Shown here in pieces: positions 1 through 9,878 of a DNA stretch of 64,000 nucleotides. This stretch comes from Escherichia coli (GTDB lineage: Bacteria; Pseudomonadota; Gammaproteobacteria; Enterobacterales; Enterobacteriaceae), in NCBI GenBank assembly GCA_031701365.1, contig GCA_031701365.1_4118.1; one strand, given 5' to 3'. The translations under genes were made by a program, and so were the position numbers. The notes below the pieces were generated by a model that searched no databases, was not told the DNA's origin, and worked only from the letters and a program-made list of their open reading frames with translations. Position 1 is the stretch's first letter, and each line of letters opens with the position of its first letter.

Positions 1-108
1 GAGAAAAAAGGTAAATTGGAACGTGAACGTGCTAAACAGGAAATTGCACAACTTTCCTATGAACTGGAAGACACTCTTCGTGAAATTGCCGAAAAAGCTA
101 ACAAGTAA
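1..108 (+). CDS. 3' end of an upstream gene (partial; EKKGKLERERAKQEIAQLSYELEDTLREIAEKANK*)
   Basis: Open frame from window edge to TAA at 106-108; charged helical tail; followed by hairpin/promoter. Confidence 0.5.
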   Translation, partial: EKKGKLERERAKQEIAQLSYELEDTLREIAEKANK

Positions 109-111
109 TAG

Positions 112-140
112 TTGACATATGAGTGCGTTTTTAATATAAT
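112..140 (+). promoter_or_regulatory. sigma70-type promoter (TTGACA-17-TATAAT)
   Basis: TTGACA 112-117, 17-nt spacer, TATAAT 135-140; 45 nt upstream of ATG 188. Confidence 0.6.
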
Positions 141-163
141 CTTATTGAAAACGCACTCTTTTT
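121..163 (+). terminator. hairpin GAGTGCGTTTT/AAAACGCACTC + T-run, overlapping the promoter
   Basis: Inverted repeat 121-131/148-158 followed by TTTTTAA. Confidence 0.5.
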
Positions 164-187
164 AATGTACAGATAAGGAACTAACTT

Positions 188-877
188 ATGAAACGTCGTC
201 ATATTAGTGTTGATATTGAAGCTCTTGGAACACCTGAACTTTCCGGTTATGATATTATTATCCCAAATTACGCAGCAGTAGTAGTTCCAAGTAAACCTGA
301 AAATGACATTCGTCAGTTCTTATATATTAAATTACCATACCAGGATCAAGTTGCTACTGGTTTAAAATCAGACGCAGGTGCAATGGATTTTTGGATGAAT
401 ACATGTCAGAAAGAATACCCTAATGCATATGCTGAAGTTGCCAGTACTATGAAACTCAAAGCACCTGAACTGTATGGACCGAATGGTCAATCACGACGAT
501 TTTTTGCATACAGTAGTATTGTTGATTTCTGGAAAGAATTACGTTACAATGATTATGGTGAAGAAGTTCCTCATTCAGTCTGGGGCAACGGATGTAACTT
601 CGATTGTAGTATTTTACAAGCAAACCATTTAAAACTAATGAACGCTGGTGAGTTGTGGAAGTATGATGCACCTGAAAATGCACGCACATTGAAACGTTTA
701 TTGAATGAAGAAGCTCGTATTGAAATGGATGAAATCGTTTCGGTACAGTTGGATAAATTTATCACATATGCAAATACGTGTGGGATTAATGGGTTGGAGT
801 TACATCATCCACTATTTGATGCAGCACGTGAAGCAATCCAGATTTCATTCTGTCTAAACAAGCTTAAAATGGATTAA
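188..877 (+). CDS. DEDD-family 3'-5' exonuclease (DexA-like)
   Basis: 229 aa; N-terminal 'ISVDIEALGT' (Exo I D-x-E-like) and later H/D motifs; size matches phage DexA-type exonucleases; RBS AAGGA. Confidence 0.5.
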   Translation: MKRRHISVDIEALGTPELSGYDIIIPNYAAVVVPSKPENDIRQFLYIKLPYQDQVATGLKSDAGAMDFWMNTCQKEYPNAYAEVASTMKLKAPELYGPNGQSRRFFAYSSIVDFWKELRYNDYGEEVPHSVWGNGCNFDCSILQANHLKLMNAGELWKYDAPENARTLKRLLNEEARIEMDEIVSVQLDKFITYANTCGINGLELHHPLFDAAREAIQISFCLNKLKMD

Positions 878-880
878 TAC

Positions 881-1975
881 ATGAATTTCATTATTCTGTT
901 AATACCTGCTCTTATCGTTGTATTCGTTATGAAATACATGTACGATAAGCATATCAGTACTAAAGAACTATTGATTCATATTGGTTGTTGTCTGGTTGGT
1001 GCGGCTCTTGTTCTTGGTATTTCATACGCAATCAACTATAGCCAGCTTTATGATGTTGAGATTCTGAATGGTCAAGTAACTTCAAAATACAGCCACAAAG
1101 AATATTGCACACAATCTAGTTCATGTAAGCACTATACATGGCATGAGAAGTGCCATACGCGATATGATAGTAAAGGTAAATCACATCGTGAGTGTGAATC
1201 ATATAAGGTTTTTGATTACTCATATGAAGTTGATTGGTATGTGAAAAGTACAGTAGGTGAGTTTGAGATTGAACGTGTGAACCGTCAAGGTACAATGACA
1301 CCACCACGTTGGCAGCAAGTTATTATTGGTGACTATGCCGCAGCAGAGAGTTCATATATCAACTATCTATTTGCTGATAAGAACTCATTGTTTAGTCCTG
1401 AAGAACTACACAACATGTATGATGAAAAGTATCTTAGTACTATTCCAGAATACCCAAGTGTAGTTGATTATTACAAAACACATCACGTAATTAACACTAC
1501 AAATTACAACGTTGATGGTTACGATGAATACCTTCGTAATGAGCTAAAAACGATGGGTGCACGTAAGCAGGTAAACATCCAAGTACTAGTATATGATTAC
1601 AAAGATGTGGATTTTGTTGATGCTACCCTTGCATCGTGGCGTGGTGGTAAGAAGAATGATGTTATTATGTTCTTTGGTATTGACAATGATGGTAACGTTG
1701 TTAAATTCAACAGTACATCATTTGCACAAGGAATGAAGAATGAAGAGTTACATGCAAAGATGCGTATTGATGCATTAAATGAAAAATTAACTCTTGACTT
1801 ACTAGTTAAAGAAGTACATAATATTGACAAACATTTTGAGAGACTCTCTAATAAAGAGTTTGAGTACTTGTCAGTTAAAATGGAACCTAGAAAAGATGTT
1901 CTTATCGGTGCTTCCATTGTGTTGTTGATTCTGTCTATTTTTATTGGCCTTTATATGAGGGATAACGATTTATGA
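881..1975 (+). CDS. membrane protein, N- and C-terminal TM helices, Cys/His-rich segment
   Basis: 364 aa; hydrophobic N-terminus and C-terminus; 'CTQSSSCKHYTWHEKCHTRY...HRECESYK' cluster. Confidence 0.55.
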   Translation: MNFIILLIPALIVVFVMKYMYDKHISTKELLIHIGCCLVGAALVLGISYAINYSQLYDVEILNGQVTSKYSHKEYCTQSSSCKHYTWHEKCHTRYDSKGKSHRECESYKVFDYSYEVDWYVKSTVGEFEIERVNRQGTMTPPRWQQVIIGDYAAAESSYINYLFADKNSLFSPEELHNMYDEKYLSTIPEYPSVVDYYKTHHVINTTNYNVDGYDEYLRNELKTMGARKQVNIQVLVYDYKDVDFVDATLASWRGGKKNDVIMFFGIDNDGNVVKFNSTSFAQGMKNEELHAKMRIDALNEKLTLDLLVKEVHNIDKHFERLSNKEFEYLSVKMEPRKDVLIGASIVLLILSIFIGLYMRDNDL

Positions 1976-2526
1976 ATGGTAAACTCCTTGCGTTAATTGG
2001 TATTTTGGTAGTTATCGTACTAATGGTGTTTGGTTCTATTAGTATGTATGTTGGTGCACATGATCGTGCAGTTGAGTTTGAAGGAAACATTAAAAAGTAT
2101 TATGATGCATCAGAAAGTCAACTTAGCAATTATACTCTTACTATTCAAGATAAGGTTCAAGTAGCCGATAAGTATAAAGATGCGTTGAAAGAAACGATTG
2201 AATCATACTTTAAAGGGCGTGAAGGTGTTGACCAGAAGTTTGTAATGTCACAGATTCAACAACAGGTTCCAAATCTTGATCCTAAAATTTATCAGGAATT
2301 GATGGTGACAATTGAAACAGGACGTACAAAGTTCAACAATCTTCAGAAAATGAAAATTGACCAGTGTACTGATTATGCTAAGTTCCGCAAAGGCTTCTGG
2401 AATTCCAAAATTCTTGATTCGAATACGTTTCCAAGTGAAAATATTGAACACCTTTGTACAGTAGTATCTGATACACGTACCAAGAAAGCAATGGATACTG
2501 GTATTCAAGAATCAATTAAACTATAA
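1972..2526 (+). CDS. membrane-anchored protein (single N-terminal TM)
   Basis: 184 aa; ATGA overlap with upstream gene; hydrophobic N-terminus. Confidence 0.55.
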   Translation: MNGKLLALIGILVVIVLMVFGSISMYVGAHDRAVEFEGNIKKYYDASESQLSNYTLTIQDKVQVADKYKDALKETIESYFKGREGVDQKFVMSQIQQQVPNLDPKIYQELMVTIETGRTKFNNLQKMKIDQCTDYAKFRKGFWNSKILDSNTFPSENIEHLCTVVSDTRTKKAMDTGIQESIKL

Positions 2527-2535
2527 TTAAATGTT

Positions 2536-2560
2536 GGGAGTACTTTGTACTCCCCTTTTC
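2536..2560 (+). terminator. rho-independent terminator GGGAGTAC-TTT-GTACTCCC + TTTT
   Basis: Perfect 8-bp stem containing AGTACT half-sites, then T-run. Confidence 0.6.
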
Positions 2561-2573
2561 TATGGGGTGTACT

Positions 2574-3131
2574 ATGTTTTTAAAAAATACTTATGAATTA
2601 ATTAAAATGCTTCAAAATATGAATTCAGGTGGATTGTTTCCCTATTACTCTGAGGATGAAACTCATCGTTTAGTACTTAAATTGGATGAGACTGGACGTA
2701 TTATATCACTAAGAACAACAGTCCCCAGTATAGAACCAGTAATTACCAAATCGACTCAAAATTCAGGAACTGCTGTTCAAACACCACAAATGTACACGAT
2801 TAGCACTCCACCTATTAAACGAGTTGCTTGTATTGTGAATATAAAAGTATCTAAGGACTATCGTGACTTAATATCAGTAGAATGGTCAGAACTAACATCA
2901 TCATTGGCAGCTAATGGATTTGTAGTAACAAATCCAAGTCCAGCACAAAATGTGAAAGAAGGACAACAGATCATGAGTGCATTGTATCTTAGTAATGGTT
3001 GTGTTATCATCAATGGTAAGTTGTATAGCGATGCCGACCCCACTGCATTCACTGAAGATTTGATTAGTGATAAAGAATACAGCATTCTAGAAATTATGAA
3101 TTTGAAAAAGGTATATGAAAACCATGACTAG
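2574..3131 (+). CDS. hypothetical protein
   Basis: ORF track 2562..3131; ATG 2562 lies in the terminator T-run, so ATG 2574 with upstream GGGG is preferred. Confidence 0.5.
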   Translation: MFLKNTYELIKMLQNMNSGGLFPYYSEDETHRLVLKLDETGRIISLRTTVPSIEPVITKSTQNSGTAVQTPQMYTISTPPIKRVACIVNIKVSKDYRDLISVEWSELTSSLAANGFVVTNPSPAQNVKEGQQIMSALYLSNGCVIINGKLYSDADPTAFTEDLISDKEYSILEIMNLKKVYENHD

Positions 3132-3696
3132 ATTTCATCAAGATGATTTGCCATTTATCCAAGAACTAGAAGAACTGGTGATAAGTATTATGGATGAAAT
3201 TAGTACTTGGGATATAACAGTTTTTCGAAATGTATATGATAAAGTTGTGAATTTTAAAAATGTTAATATTGAAGTAAAACATAATAATTTTTACTTAACA
3301 AAACAATTCATTCTAACTCGACCAGGATCAAAGCCAGTTAAACGTAATTTATCATTCGGACACCTGATTGGTGCAGAAAATGTACATGATGAATGGGTTG
3401 ATTCAATCTATTCGTATACAAAAGAACTTATTCCTGATATTGAGAAAAGATATTATCTTAGTATCACATTAGATGAACAAGGAAAACTAAATGCGTATTC
3501 CATAAATTCATCAGCACACGTTCCATTACATTCAACGTCAATTGGTGATAAACAATTACTAATCGATTCATCAACATGGCACAATAGGGAAAGTTTCTCC
3601 GCTGAAACTTTTCAGTACTCGGTATCTGAACCAAAGTCTCCATTTGATTTTGTGTTTGTTAATAACATCCTTTTACGTTTTGGTGTAGGAGTCTAA
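3115..3696 (+). CDS. hypothetical protein (weak FFQ-like C-terminal motif 'AETFQYSVSE')
   Basis: 193 aa ORF, overlaps upstream stop. Confidence 0.5.
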   Translation: MKTMTRFHQDDLPFIQELEELVISIMDEISTWDITVFRNVYDKVVNFKNVNIEVKHNNFYLTKQFILTRPGSKPVKRNLSFGHLIGAENVHDEWVDSIYSYTKELIPDIEKRYYLSITLDEQGKLNAYSINSSAHVPLHSTSIGDKQLLIDSSTWHNRESFSAETFQYSVSEPKSPFDFVFVNNILLRFGVGV

Positions 3697-3698
3697 TT

Positions 3699-4052
3699 AT
3701 GCTAATTTATTTGAGTGTTCTTGTTATTTCATTACTGGTATCATTAGCAGTACTGAAAGCTGTTGCAATCGGTCGTAGTAAAATTGACAATACTGAAACG
3801 AGTTCCGTTCTAGATTTGATTATGGATCATCCTAAAGTCTGTGGTATTATTGTATTGTTTGTTATTCTGATTAATACGTATATTGTCAGGGATCATTTAT
3901 ATAATATGTATGATTGTAGTGTTAGATCTATATCACAAGGTGTTGAAACTGACTATAGCTGGTACTATGAGAAATGTAGATTTAAAAATCAGCATGGTAT
4001 TTGGGTTGATTTTGACAAACTACGTGGAACTCCTTCAGGAGAAGAAGAATAA
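3699..4052 (+). CDS. small membrane protein (two TM helices)
   Basis: 117 aa, hydrophobic N-terminal half. Confidence 0.5.
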   Translation: MLIYLSVLVISLLVSLAVLKAVAIGRSKIDNTETSSVLDLIMDHPKVCGIIVLFVILINTYIVRDHLYNMYDCSVRSISQGVETDYSWYYEKCRFKNQHGIWVDFDKLRGTPSGEEE

Positions 4053-4054
4053 TT

Positions 4055-4546
4055 ATGTTTGAGTTCCCAGAAGAGTCATTTGACTTTATTGACCCTACTG
4101 ATGATGGATACCGACACATTAACATTTATAGTAAAGCTAGAACTAAGTTAGGTAGAGATCTATCTAACTTTTCTTCGCATAGCTTCACACTTGAACCATA
4201 TGGTTGGTTCCCTTCAGTTGAAACATTTTACTTTTGGTTTTTAACTGGACAAAAACATGATGACCTTAGAAAAGTATCTGGTGCAGCAGCAAAAGCAGCC
4301 GCTAACAAATATATGCATGATCGAATTGAAATGACGGATGATTGTATTTCTATTATTCAAGATGCTATTTGTGCTAAGATAATTCAAAATCCAGAGTTAG
4401 CCGAAAGATTAAGAAAAAGCAAGTTACCTTTTTACCATTACTATGTATATGGTGGTAAAGTTGTAGATGTATCCGACGAACATGATTGGTTTGTTAAAAC
4501 ATTCGAATATATAAGAACGGTGTTAAAGGAAAACTATAATGGGTAA
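4055..4546 (+). CDS. hypothetical protein
   Basis: 163 aa ORF, tight spacing to neighbours. Confidence 0.5.
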   Translation: MFEFPEESFDFIDPTDDGYRHINIYSKARTKLGRDLSNFSSHSFTLEPYGWFPSVETFYFWFLTGQKHDDLRKVSGAAAKAAANKYMHDRIEMTDDCISIIQDAICAKIIQNPELAERLRKSKLPFYHYYVYGGKVVDVSDEHDWFVKTFEYIRTVLKENYNG

Positions 4547-4817
4547 ATGTTGGGTATGCTTCAAGGTGTTTGATGAAGAATATGAAATAATATTAGATGT
4601 ATTGCCACAGCAGTACATGGTGTGTAATGAAAAATACAAATTGGACACCTACCCGACCCCCAAGTACATGGGAATATGTCCTTTGTGTGATGCAAATGGC
4701 GTGTCCAATAGTGAGATTTCATTCACTAACCAAGCTACAACTAACTGTGTATCTGGGTATATAAGAGAGAATCGAGAATATTTTATTAGGAGATTATATG
4801 AACGACAAAATCTTTGA
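4539..4817 (+). CDS. small Cys-rich (zinc-ribbon-like) protein
   Basis: 92 aa; CxxC ... CxxC pairs (CWVC, CPLC). Confidence 0.45.
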   Translation: MGKCWVCFKVFDEEYEIILDVLPQQYMVCNEKYKLDTYPTPKYMGICPLCDANGVSNSEISFTNQATTNCVSGYIRENREYFIRRLYERQNL

Positions 4818-5028
4818 TACATATGACATCGATACTTTACTAACACCATCTGATAACAGTACTGTTAAAATGGACATGTACTGGATTGTCGTTGATAAAA
4901 AAGTATTTAGACATAAAATTACTAAAGTTTGGCAATGTAATAAAAACAAATCTATTGTTGAAGGATTGGCACAATGCATTCCTAATGCAGAGGTTTTATT
5001 TTTACCATACGCATATACAAAGGAATAA
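4798..5028 (+). CDS. hypothetical protein
   Basis: 76 aa ORF. Confidence 0.4.
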   Translation: MNDKIFDTYDIDTLLTPSDNSTVKMDMYWIVVDKKVFRHKITKVWQCNKNKSIVEGLAQCIPNAEVLFLPYAYTKE

Positions 5029-5029
5029 A

Positions 5030-5191
5030 ATGAAAAAAACTTGGAAAATATTCACAATACCTGCTATAATGTTGTTATTGGCACTTTTCACACCGCAGAG
5101 TCATGTATTGTCTCTTAATATTGTGGAAATAATTCTTCTTGTAATTCACTGTGTCGTGTGTTATAATTATGTAAAAGGTGATAAAGAATGA
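5030..5191 (+). CDS. small membrane protein
   Basis: ATG 5030 after AAGGA; 'MKKTWKIFTIPAIMLLLALF...'; track ORF 4886..5191 trimmed. Confidence 0.4.
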   Translation: MKKTWKIFTIPAIMLLLALFTPQSHVLSLNIVEIILLVIHCVVCYNYVKGDKE

Positions 5192-5610
5192 AGTTCTTTA
5201 AAATTCGAATTGGTGTAAGTTCTGGTTTATCTCATTGGGTATTTTATGATTTACCTGATAGTTATACTATTGATGATGTAATTGATTTATATACCGAAGA
5301 TCAACAATGGGTGTTAGATACCGAAACACATAGAATTGATTGTCAAGAGATTAGTGAAGAAGATTACAAGCACGGAAAGCAAGCCATGAAGTATTTTGAA
5401 ACAAATATCAAAATGCTGTCTGAAAACGTATTTCCTGTAAAAGAATGGGCAATTTTACTTGCTAATCCTAAAAAACCTGTTAGAATTGGTTATCCAAATT
5501 TTCATATGGTGTATCGTATGAATGATAAGCGAGAGCTTAACTATCAATACGATTACGATTCATCTAAGTTTGGAGTTCTTAAACAATTTTTAAAGGCTTA
5601 TCCAGTATGA
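5188..5610 (+). CDS. hypothetical protein
   Basis: 140 aa ORF, ATGA overlap. Confidence 0.5.
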   Translation: MKFFKIRIGVSSGLSHWVFYDLPDSYTIDDVIDLYTEDQQWVLDTETHRIDCQEISEEDYKHGKQAMKYFETNIKMLSENVFPVKEWAILLANPKKPVRIGYPNFHMVYRMNDKRELNYQYDYDSSKFGVLKQFLKAYPV

Positions 5611-5942
5611 GTGAAGATAGTAAAGAGTATATTTTACGTTGTTCTTGTGGCGATAAAATGGAGCATTGCGTTCACATTGCACAATTTGACTTGACAGAGG
5701 AATATGGAGATGATAAACTTGGTCAATGTCTGATAAGTATGCGTTTAAATCCTTTTTTAAAATGGTATAACCGTGTATGGGTTGCAGTAAAGTATGTTTT
5801 TGGTGTAAACGACTATCAATATGTAGAAGCAACAATTGATGTTGACATTCTAAAAGAAGTTGTGTTACAATTAGAAGATACTAGAACTGATGAGGTTAAA
5901 AAAGAACAAAGAGAAAAACGTACTGATGTGAAGGTTTTATGA
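5607..5942 (+). CDS. hypothetical protein (Cys/His cluster)
   Basis: 111 aa; 'CSCGDKMEHCVH'. Confidence 0.5.
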   Translation: MSEDSKEYILRCSCGDKMEHCVHIAQFDLTEEYGDDKLGQCLISMRLNPFLKWYNRVWVAVKYVFGVNDYQYVEATIDVDILKEVVLQLEDTRTDEVKKEQREKRTDVKVL

Positions 5943-6133
5943 GTACTGAACTTTATGAAAAAAAGTACTGTACAAATTGCTCAACTGAGTATACAATACA
6001 AGGTATGTTGATTTGTACAATATGTCAGTCAAAGAAATCAGCAACTTTCATCGTTGATGATAGATTTGGTGATTTGAAACAGTTTAAAGCAAACCGCAAT
6101 CTTCGTATTTTTAGCAATCTAAATAAGGAATAA
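5939..6133 (+). CDS. small zinc-ribbon-like protein
   Basis: 64 aa; CTNC ... CTIC. Confidence 0.45.
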   Translation: MSTELYEKKYCTNCSTEYTIQGMLICTICQSKKSATFIVDDRFGDLKQFKANRNLRIFSNLNKE

Positions 6134-6136
6134 TAT

Positions 6137-6565
6137 ATGAATATCGAACAAACTATCCGTGAACATTCTTTCTTCGCTCCAGAAACTGGTCGTGTTATTG
6201 AGAGCGTCAAAATCGAAGAACTAATGGTCAATGTTAAATACAAAGAACCAAATGATGAGATTAGCAGTACTTTTTGTGCTCTACGTGCACCATTCCGTAA
6301 TGAAAAAGCTAAGAAACCAGCATATGTTCTTGCCATTGCACTGGGTTGTGTTGTAAAACTTGCAGTTGATGAAAATCTTCTGAATATTAAAGTTGCACCA
6401 AGCAATGACGATGAAAACATTGATTTGAACTTTGATGGTTCTCTTGATGAAGATGTATTTTTCCAACAGTCACTTGTTTACGACTTCCGTACAGTGACAC
6501 ATTCTCACATCAAGTTCATTAATGAAATGGTTGAGATTGTTGCTGAATACGAAGAATCTCTCTAA
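6137..6565 (+). CDS. FFQ-motif family protein
   Basis: 142 aa; C-terminal 'DEDVFFQQSLVYDF'. Confidence 0.6.
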   Translation: MNIEQTIREHSFFAPETGRVIESVKIEELMVNVKYKEPNDEISSTFCALRAPFRNEKAKKPAYVLAIALGCVVKLAVDENLLNIKVAPSNDDENIDLNFDGSLDEDVFFQQSLVYDFRTVTHSHIKFINEMVEIVAEYEESL

Positions 6566-6576
6566 GTAAATACAAA

Positions 6577-6600
6577 AGCCTCCATCATGGAGGCTTTTAT
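6577..6600 (+). terminator. rho-independent terminator (AGCCTCCATG/CATGGAGGCT + TTTAT)
   Basis: Palindromic stem directly after stop at 6565. Confidence 0.6.
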
Positions 6601-6618
6601 CACATAAGGAAATGAAAT

Positions 6619-7170
6619 ATGATAGACCAAATTAAAATCCTTACAAAGCAAATCACTGATTTTCTTTCTGATAAAGATGGATTTAATACAGAAGTAAAAA
6701 TGCACGGTGTTAGTGTTGATGTAATTGCACCAAATGGTAATGTAACAAGTTACGACATGTATGAATTACTTCTTTATACTCTAGCAGTACGTAAACTAGG
6801 TAGTGATATTGAACTCAACATCAATACTGATGAAAGTGGAAATAAAATTTTTGCAATCAACACCAGTGCTAAATTCGATATCAGTACTGAAATTAAAAAA
6901 ATAAATGAAAGTTTTATTGGCTTTAAGCATGAATCAATTCAAAGTGTTTTTATTGGAAAGCAAACTTCTAATAGTGAATGCCCATATTGTGTAATGACTT
7001 TATATAAAGATGGAAACTGGATGCGTCAAGATTTAGTATTTGCTGAACTTCTGTATGCATTTACACATGAACTTAAAATCGAATTGGACGATAGTGTTTA
7101 TTGCTTTAAGAAAATTCGCAATATAACTAAAGATATACAAACCCAACTTAAAGAATTAAATGATAAATAA
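6619..7170 (+). CDS. hypothetical protein
   Basis: 183 aa ORF with RBS. Confidence 0.55.
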   Translation: MIDQIKILTKQITDFLSDKDGFNTEVKMHGVSVDVIAPNGNVTSYDMYELLLYTLAVRKLGSDIELNINTDESGNKIFAINTSAKFDISTEIKKINESFIGFKHESIQSVFIGKQTSNSECPYCVMTLYKDGNWMRQDLVFAELLYAFTHELKIELDDSVYCFKKIRNITKDIQTQLKELNDK

Positions 7171-7285
7171 ATATACCAGAAATGGTTAACATATCATGTT
7201 ACTTTCCTCCCTTACATAATAATGATGCGTTATTATATTTTCATTTTGTTCTTATTCCCCTTTTGGTACAAAATCATTTTAGTAC

Positions 7286-7310
7286 TGCCCCGTTCTTCGG
7301 GGCATTTTTA
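7286..7310 (+). terminator. rho-independent terminator (TGCCCCG-TTCTT-CGGGGCA + T-run)
   Basis: GC stem + TTTTTATT; lies inside track ORF 7182..7727, so that ORF start is trimmed. Confidence 0.6.
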
Positions 7311-7331
7311 TTATCTAAAATTCGAGTATAT

Positions 7332-7727
7332 ATGAAAAATAATATTGGAACTTCAATAATTAAACCACTTTCTTATTACCTTGAAAAATTTAGAAGCACA
7401 AATGGTAAAAAATTTAATAATATATTTCAGTTCTCTCACAAAGAATATATTACAATTGATCATTTTTCAAAGAAACTAATGTATGTAAATGATAATATTA
7501 ATATTATTAGATTATCTTTCGATATTGAGTTAGATAAATTAACATTTACTGAATACATTAATAAAAAAACTTCTTTTTTATGTCAATACAATAGGAAAGT
7601 ATATAGTAATATTTCTATGTATCTAAATGATGAATATCACTTTCAACAATCTACAATAGAAGAAGTATTATTCAGTACTGAAGAATTAAAAGAACTATAT
7701 TACTGGTATAATTATTTTACATCTTGA
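7332..7727 (+). CDS. FFQ-motif family protein
   Basis: ATG 7332 downstream of terminator; C-terminal 'DEYHFQQSTIEEV'. Confidence 0.55.
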   Translation: MKNNIGTSIIKPLSYYLEKFRSTNGKKFNNIFQFSHKEYITIDHFSKKLMYVNDNINIIRLSFDIELDKLTFTEYINKKTSFLCQYNRKVYSNISMYLNDEYHFQQSTIEEVLFSTEELKELYYWYNYFTS

Positions 7728-7782
7728 CATTATTGTGGGTTTATCCTACAATACATGATGATGCTGCATTGAGGATAAATTT

Positions 7783-8193
7783 ATGAGTTTAGATTTACAC
7801 AATGAAATAAAATATTTTTTAGATTTGAACATATCAGAATTGAACCACCACGTCAATCATATGACTAGTACTGTATGGTGGTCTAATGAACAAGACGACC
7901 CAATTATCCAACTAAGTGATGAATCGTCAATTATGCGATTTTATAAGATTAATTATAAAAAGAACATCAAGATCACATATGTACCATACAAAAACATACT
8001 ACTAGTCGAAACACTTAATCCAAGTTCTTTATTAAAAATCACCGATTTAGATACATTACAAACAAGTGAATCTTTATTCCAACGTTCATTAGTTGATGAT
8101 CTTGGTGGTATTACTTTTGAAGATATATTACAATTCAAGAAGATGTATAGTGAATTGTTAGAGATTAAAAACACTTTAGTAATGAGGAATTGA
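7783..8193 (+). CDS. FFQ-motif family protein
   Basis: 'SESLFQRSLVDDLGGITFEDILQF'. Confidence 0.6.
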   Translation: MSLDLHNEIKYFLDLNISELNHHVNHMTSTVWWSNEQDDPIIQLSDESSIMRFYKINYKKNIKITYVPYKNILLVETLNPSSLLKITDLDTLQTSESLFQRSLVDDLGGITFEDILQFKKMYSELLEIKNTLVMRN

Positions 8194-8194
8194 T

Positions 8195-8599
8195 ATGGTA
8201 AGTTTACTAGATATTGACAATACCAGTTTAGTGCTGGTGAAAAAAGGTTTAATTCCCAATTCTACAAAAATTGATTATGCTGTTATTGAAACAAATATGG
8301 GAAATATCTGGTATGATTCAGAAAGTGATATTGTGATTAGCTGTGTAGACAGTGATCGTTCTGAATGTTGTAGAGTCGGGCATGACGGACAATTTGTTTT
8401 TGAATTTCGTTATTGGAAGGACTCAAAATTTCACCAAGAACTGGTTGCATTGTCAAATGAACTGTATACAGAAGAAACTTTCTTCATGGAAAGTACTATT
8501 AATAATGTTGGTTCAGTAACGTATGAGCACTATAAAAAAGTATATGCACTATTCAGAGAAGTTATGAAAATTATCAGAACTGCTGAAGGTAAAGAATAA
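8195..8599 (+). CDS. FFQ-motif family protein
   Basis: 'TEETFFMESTINNVGSVTYEHY'. Confidence 0.6.
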   Translation: MVSLLDIDNTSLVLVKKGLIPNSTKIDYAVIETNMGNIWYDSESDIVISCVDSDRSECCRVGHDGQFVFEFRYWKDSKFHQELVALSNELYTEETFFMESTINNVGSVTYEHYKKVYALFREVMKIIRTAEGKE

Positions 8600-8600
8600 C

Positions 8601-8978
8601 ATGACTACTATATATGATATTTTGGGTGTTCTGAGTAAAAATATAGATGATGATTTTGTTATTGTTCAAGATACTAGAAATACATTTCAACTACCATTAG
8701 GTTCACCAGATAGGTTAATTTTTAATAGATACTCAAATGAACTAACTTACATCCATGATGGGATTGCAATTGTATCAGTTTCTATAAACGACTATACAAT
8801 ACGATATGTATATGACTTCAACGATTATTGTACAAGAATCCACAGTATTGATATTTCCGAAGAGGAACTATTCCAATTGTCAGTGATTGAGAAAAATGTA
8901 ATAGGAATTACAGAAATTGATATTATTAAAAAAGCATTAAACTATACAAATATAAGAATTAATGGTGGGTGCAGATGA
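8601..8978 (+). CDS. FFQ-motif family protein
   Basis: 'SEEELFQLSVIEKNVIGITEID'. Confidence 0.6.
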   Translation: MTTIYDILGVLSKNIDDDFVIVQDTRNTFQLPLGSPDRLIFNRYSNELTYIHDGIAIVSVSINDYTIRYVYDFNDYCTRIHSIDISEEELFQLSVIEKNVIGITEIDIIKKALNYTNIRINGGCR

Positions 8979-9430
8979 ATGTTGACGAAATAAAAAATCA
9001 TTTTGAAATTGCAATGTCATGTGAATTTGACACACAACGTGTTCATTACCCGAAAGAACATATACGCATTTGTTGTGAATTGTCAGATGATTGTAATATT
9101 TTTATTGGAAAAACCTATGACATGATCGATCTTTCATGTATAGATCCATTGGAAAGAAAAACAAAATATTTATATCTGTACAACACAACATCAGATACGA
9201 TTGCAATACAACTAATATCAACCACAACATCCCAAAGTTATTATAACATAACTGAGGTTAGTAGTTTAACGTTAACCGAAGAAGGATTCTTTCAACAATC
9301 GCTTATTCGTGAAATTGGTGTTAGTTATGATGAGTTAAATGTATTAGTAGATTGTTTTGAAAAATTGAGTACTTTTGTATTATCCCTTTTTAATATACAG
9401 TCGCAAAATCCAATGGTGGTGAAATGCTAA
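8969..9430 (+). CDS. FFQ-motif family protein
   Basis: 'TEEGFFQQSLIREIGVSYDELN'. Confidence 0.6.
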   Translation: MQMNVDEIKNHFEIAMSCEFDTQRVHYPKEHIRICCELSDDCNIFIGKTYDMIDLSCIDPLERKTKYLYLYNTTSDTIAIQLISTTTSQSYYNITEVSSLTLTEEGFFQQSLIREIGVSYDELNVLVDCFEKLSTFVLSLFNIQSQNPMVVKC

Positions 9431-9864
9431 ATCCAAGTAAATTTCTCCACTTACTTTCGATAACATCAATACCGGATCTTACCAGTGAAACTAATGAATA
9501 TCGTGAAGCTGGGGTGGTGTCTATGGAACTCGATACATTTGACCACAAATGCTATGTGACATATGACCCACCGCGTTATGGTAAAGAACATTCTTCTTTT
9601 ATTTTTGTATTCGTATACACTGTATATGATAATACAACACTTGATGATGTTTGTATTGACACTTACGAAATTTGTGATAATATCATAACTGATGACAACA
9701 ATAACTCATTTGATATGTCACTATATAACACAGAAGAATCGTTGTTTCAACTTAGTACTGTTATTGATGCACCATCATTAGAAGATATAAAACAATTTCA
9801 CGAACATCTTGACGCAGTTCGTGAGATGTTCTATAATCATTATCCAGAAGTAGAGTTCAATTAA
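9424..9864 (+). CDS. FFQ-motif family protein
   Basis: 'TEESLFQLSTVIDAPSLEDIKQF'. Confidence 0.6.
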   Translation: MLNPSKFLHLLSITSIPDLTSETNEYREAGVVSMELDTFDHKCYVTYDPPRYGKEHSSFIFVFVYTVYDNTTLDDVCIDTYEICDNIITDDNNNSFDMSLYNTEESLFQLSTVIDAPSLEDIKQFHEHLDAVREMFYNHYPEVEFN

Positions 9865-9878
9865 CTAAAGGTAATAAG

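Noticed and set aside
456-765. Minus-strand ORFs nested inside the DexA-like gene; also many other antisense or overlapping track ORFs (e.g. 1116-1307, 1597-1917, 2248-2508, 6025-6420, 29188-29538, 30076-30309, 31146-31445, 50326-50844, 52867-53293, 59238-59510).
   Set aside because: They lie fully within longer, better-supported ORFs on the other strand or frame, lack RBS and upstream stops, and have low-complexity translations. Treated as spurious.
4055-4546. Possible NADAR/YbiA-like domain in ORF 4055-4546 ('LSNF', 'EH', 'W' residues).
   Set aside because: Only a few scattered residues match my recollection of that family; too weak to call without a profile search.
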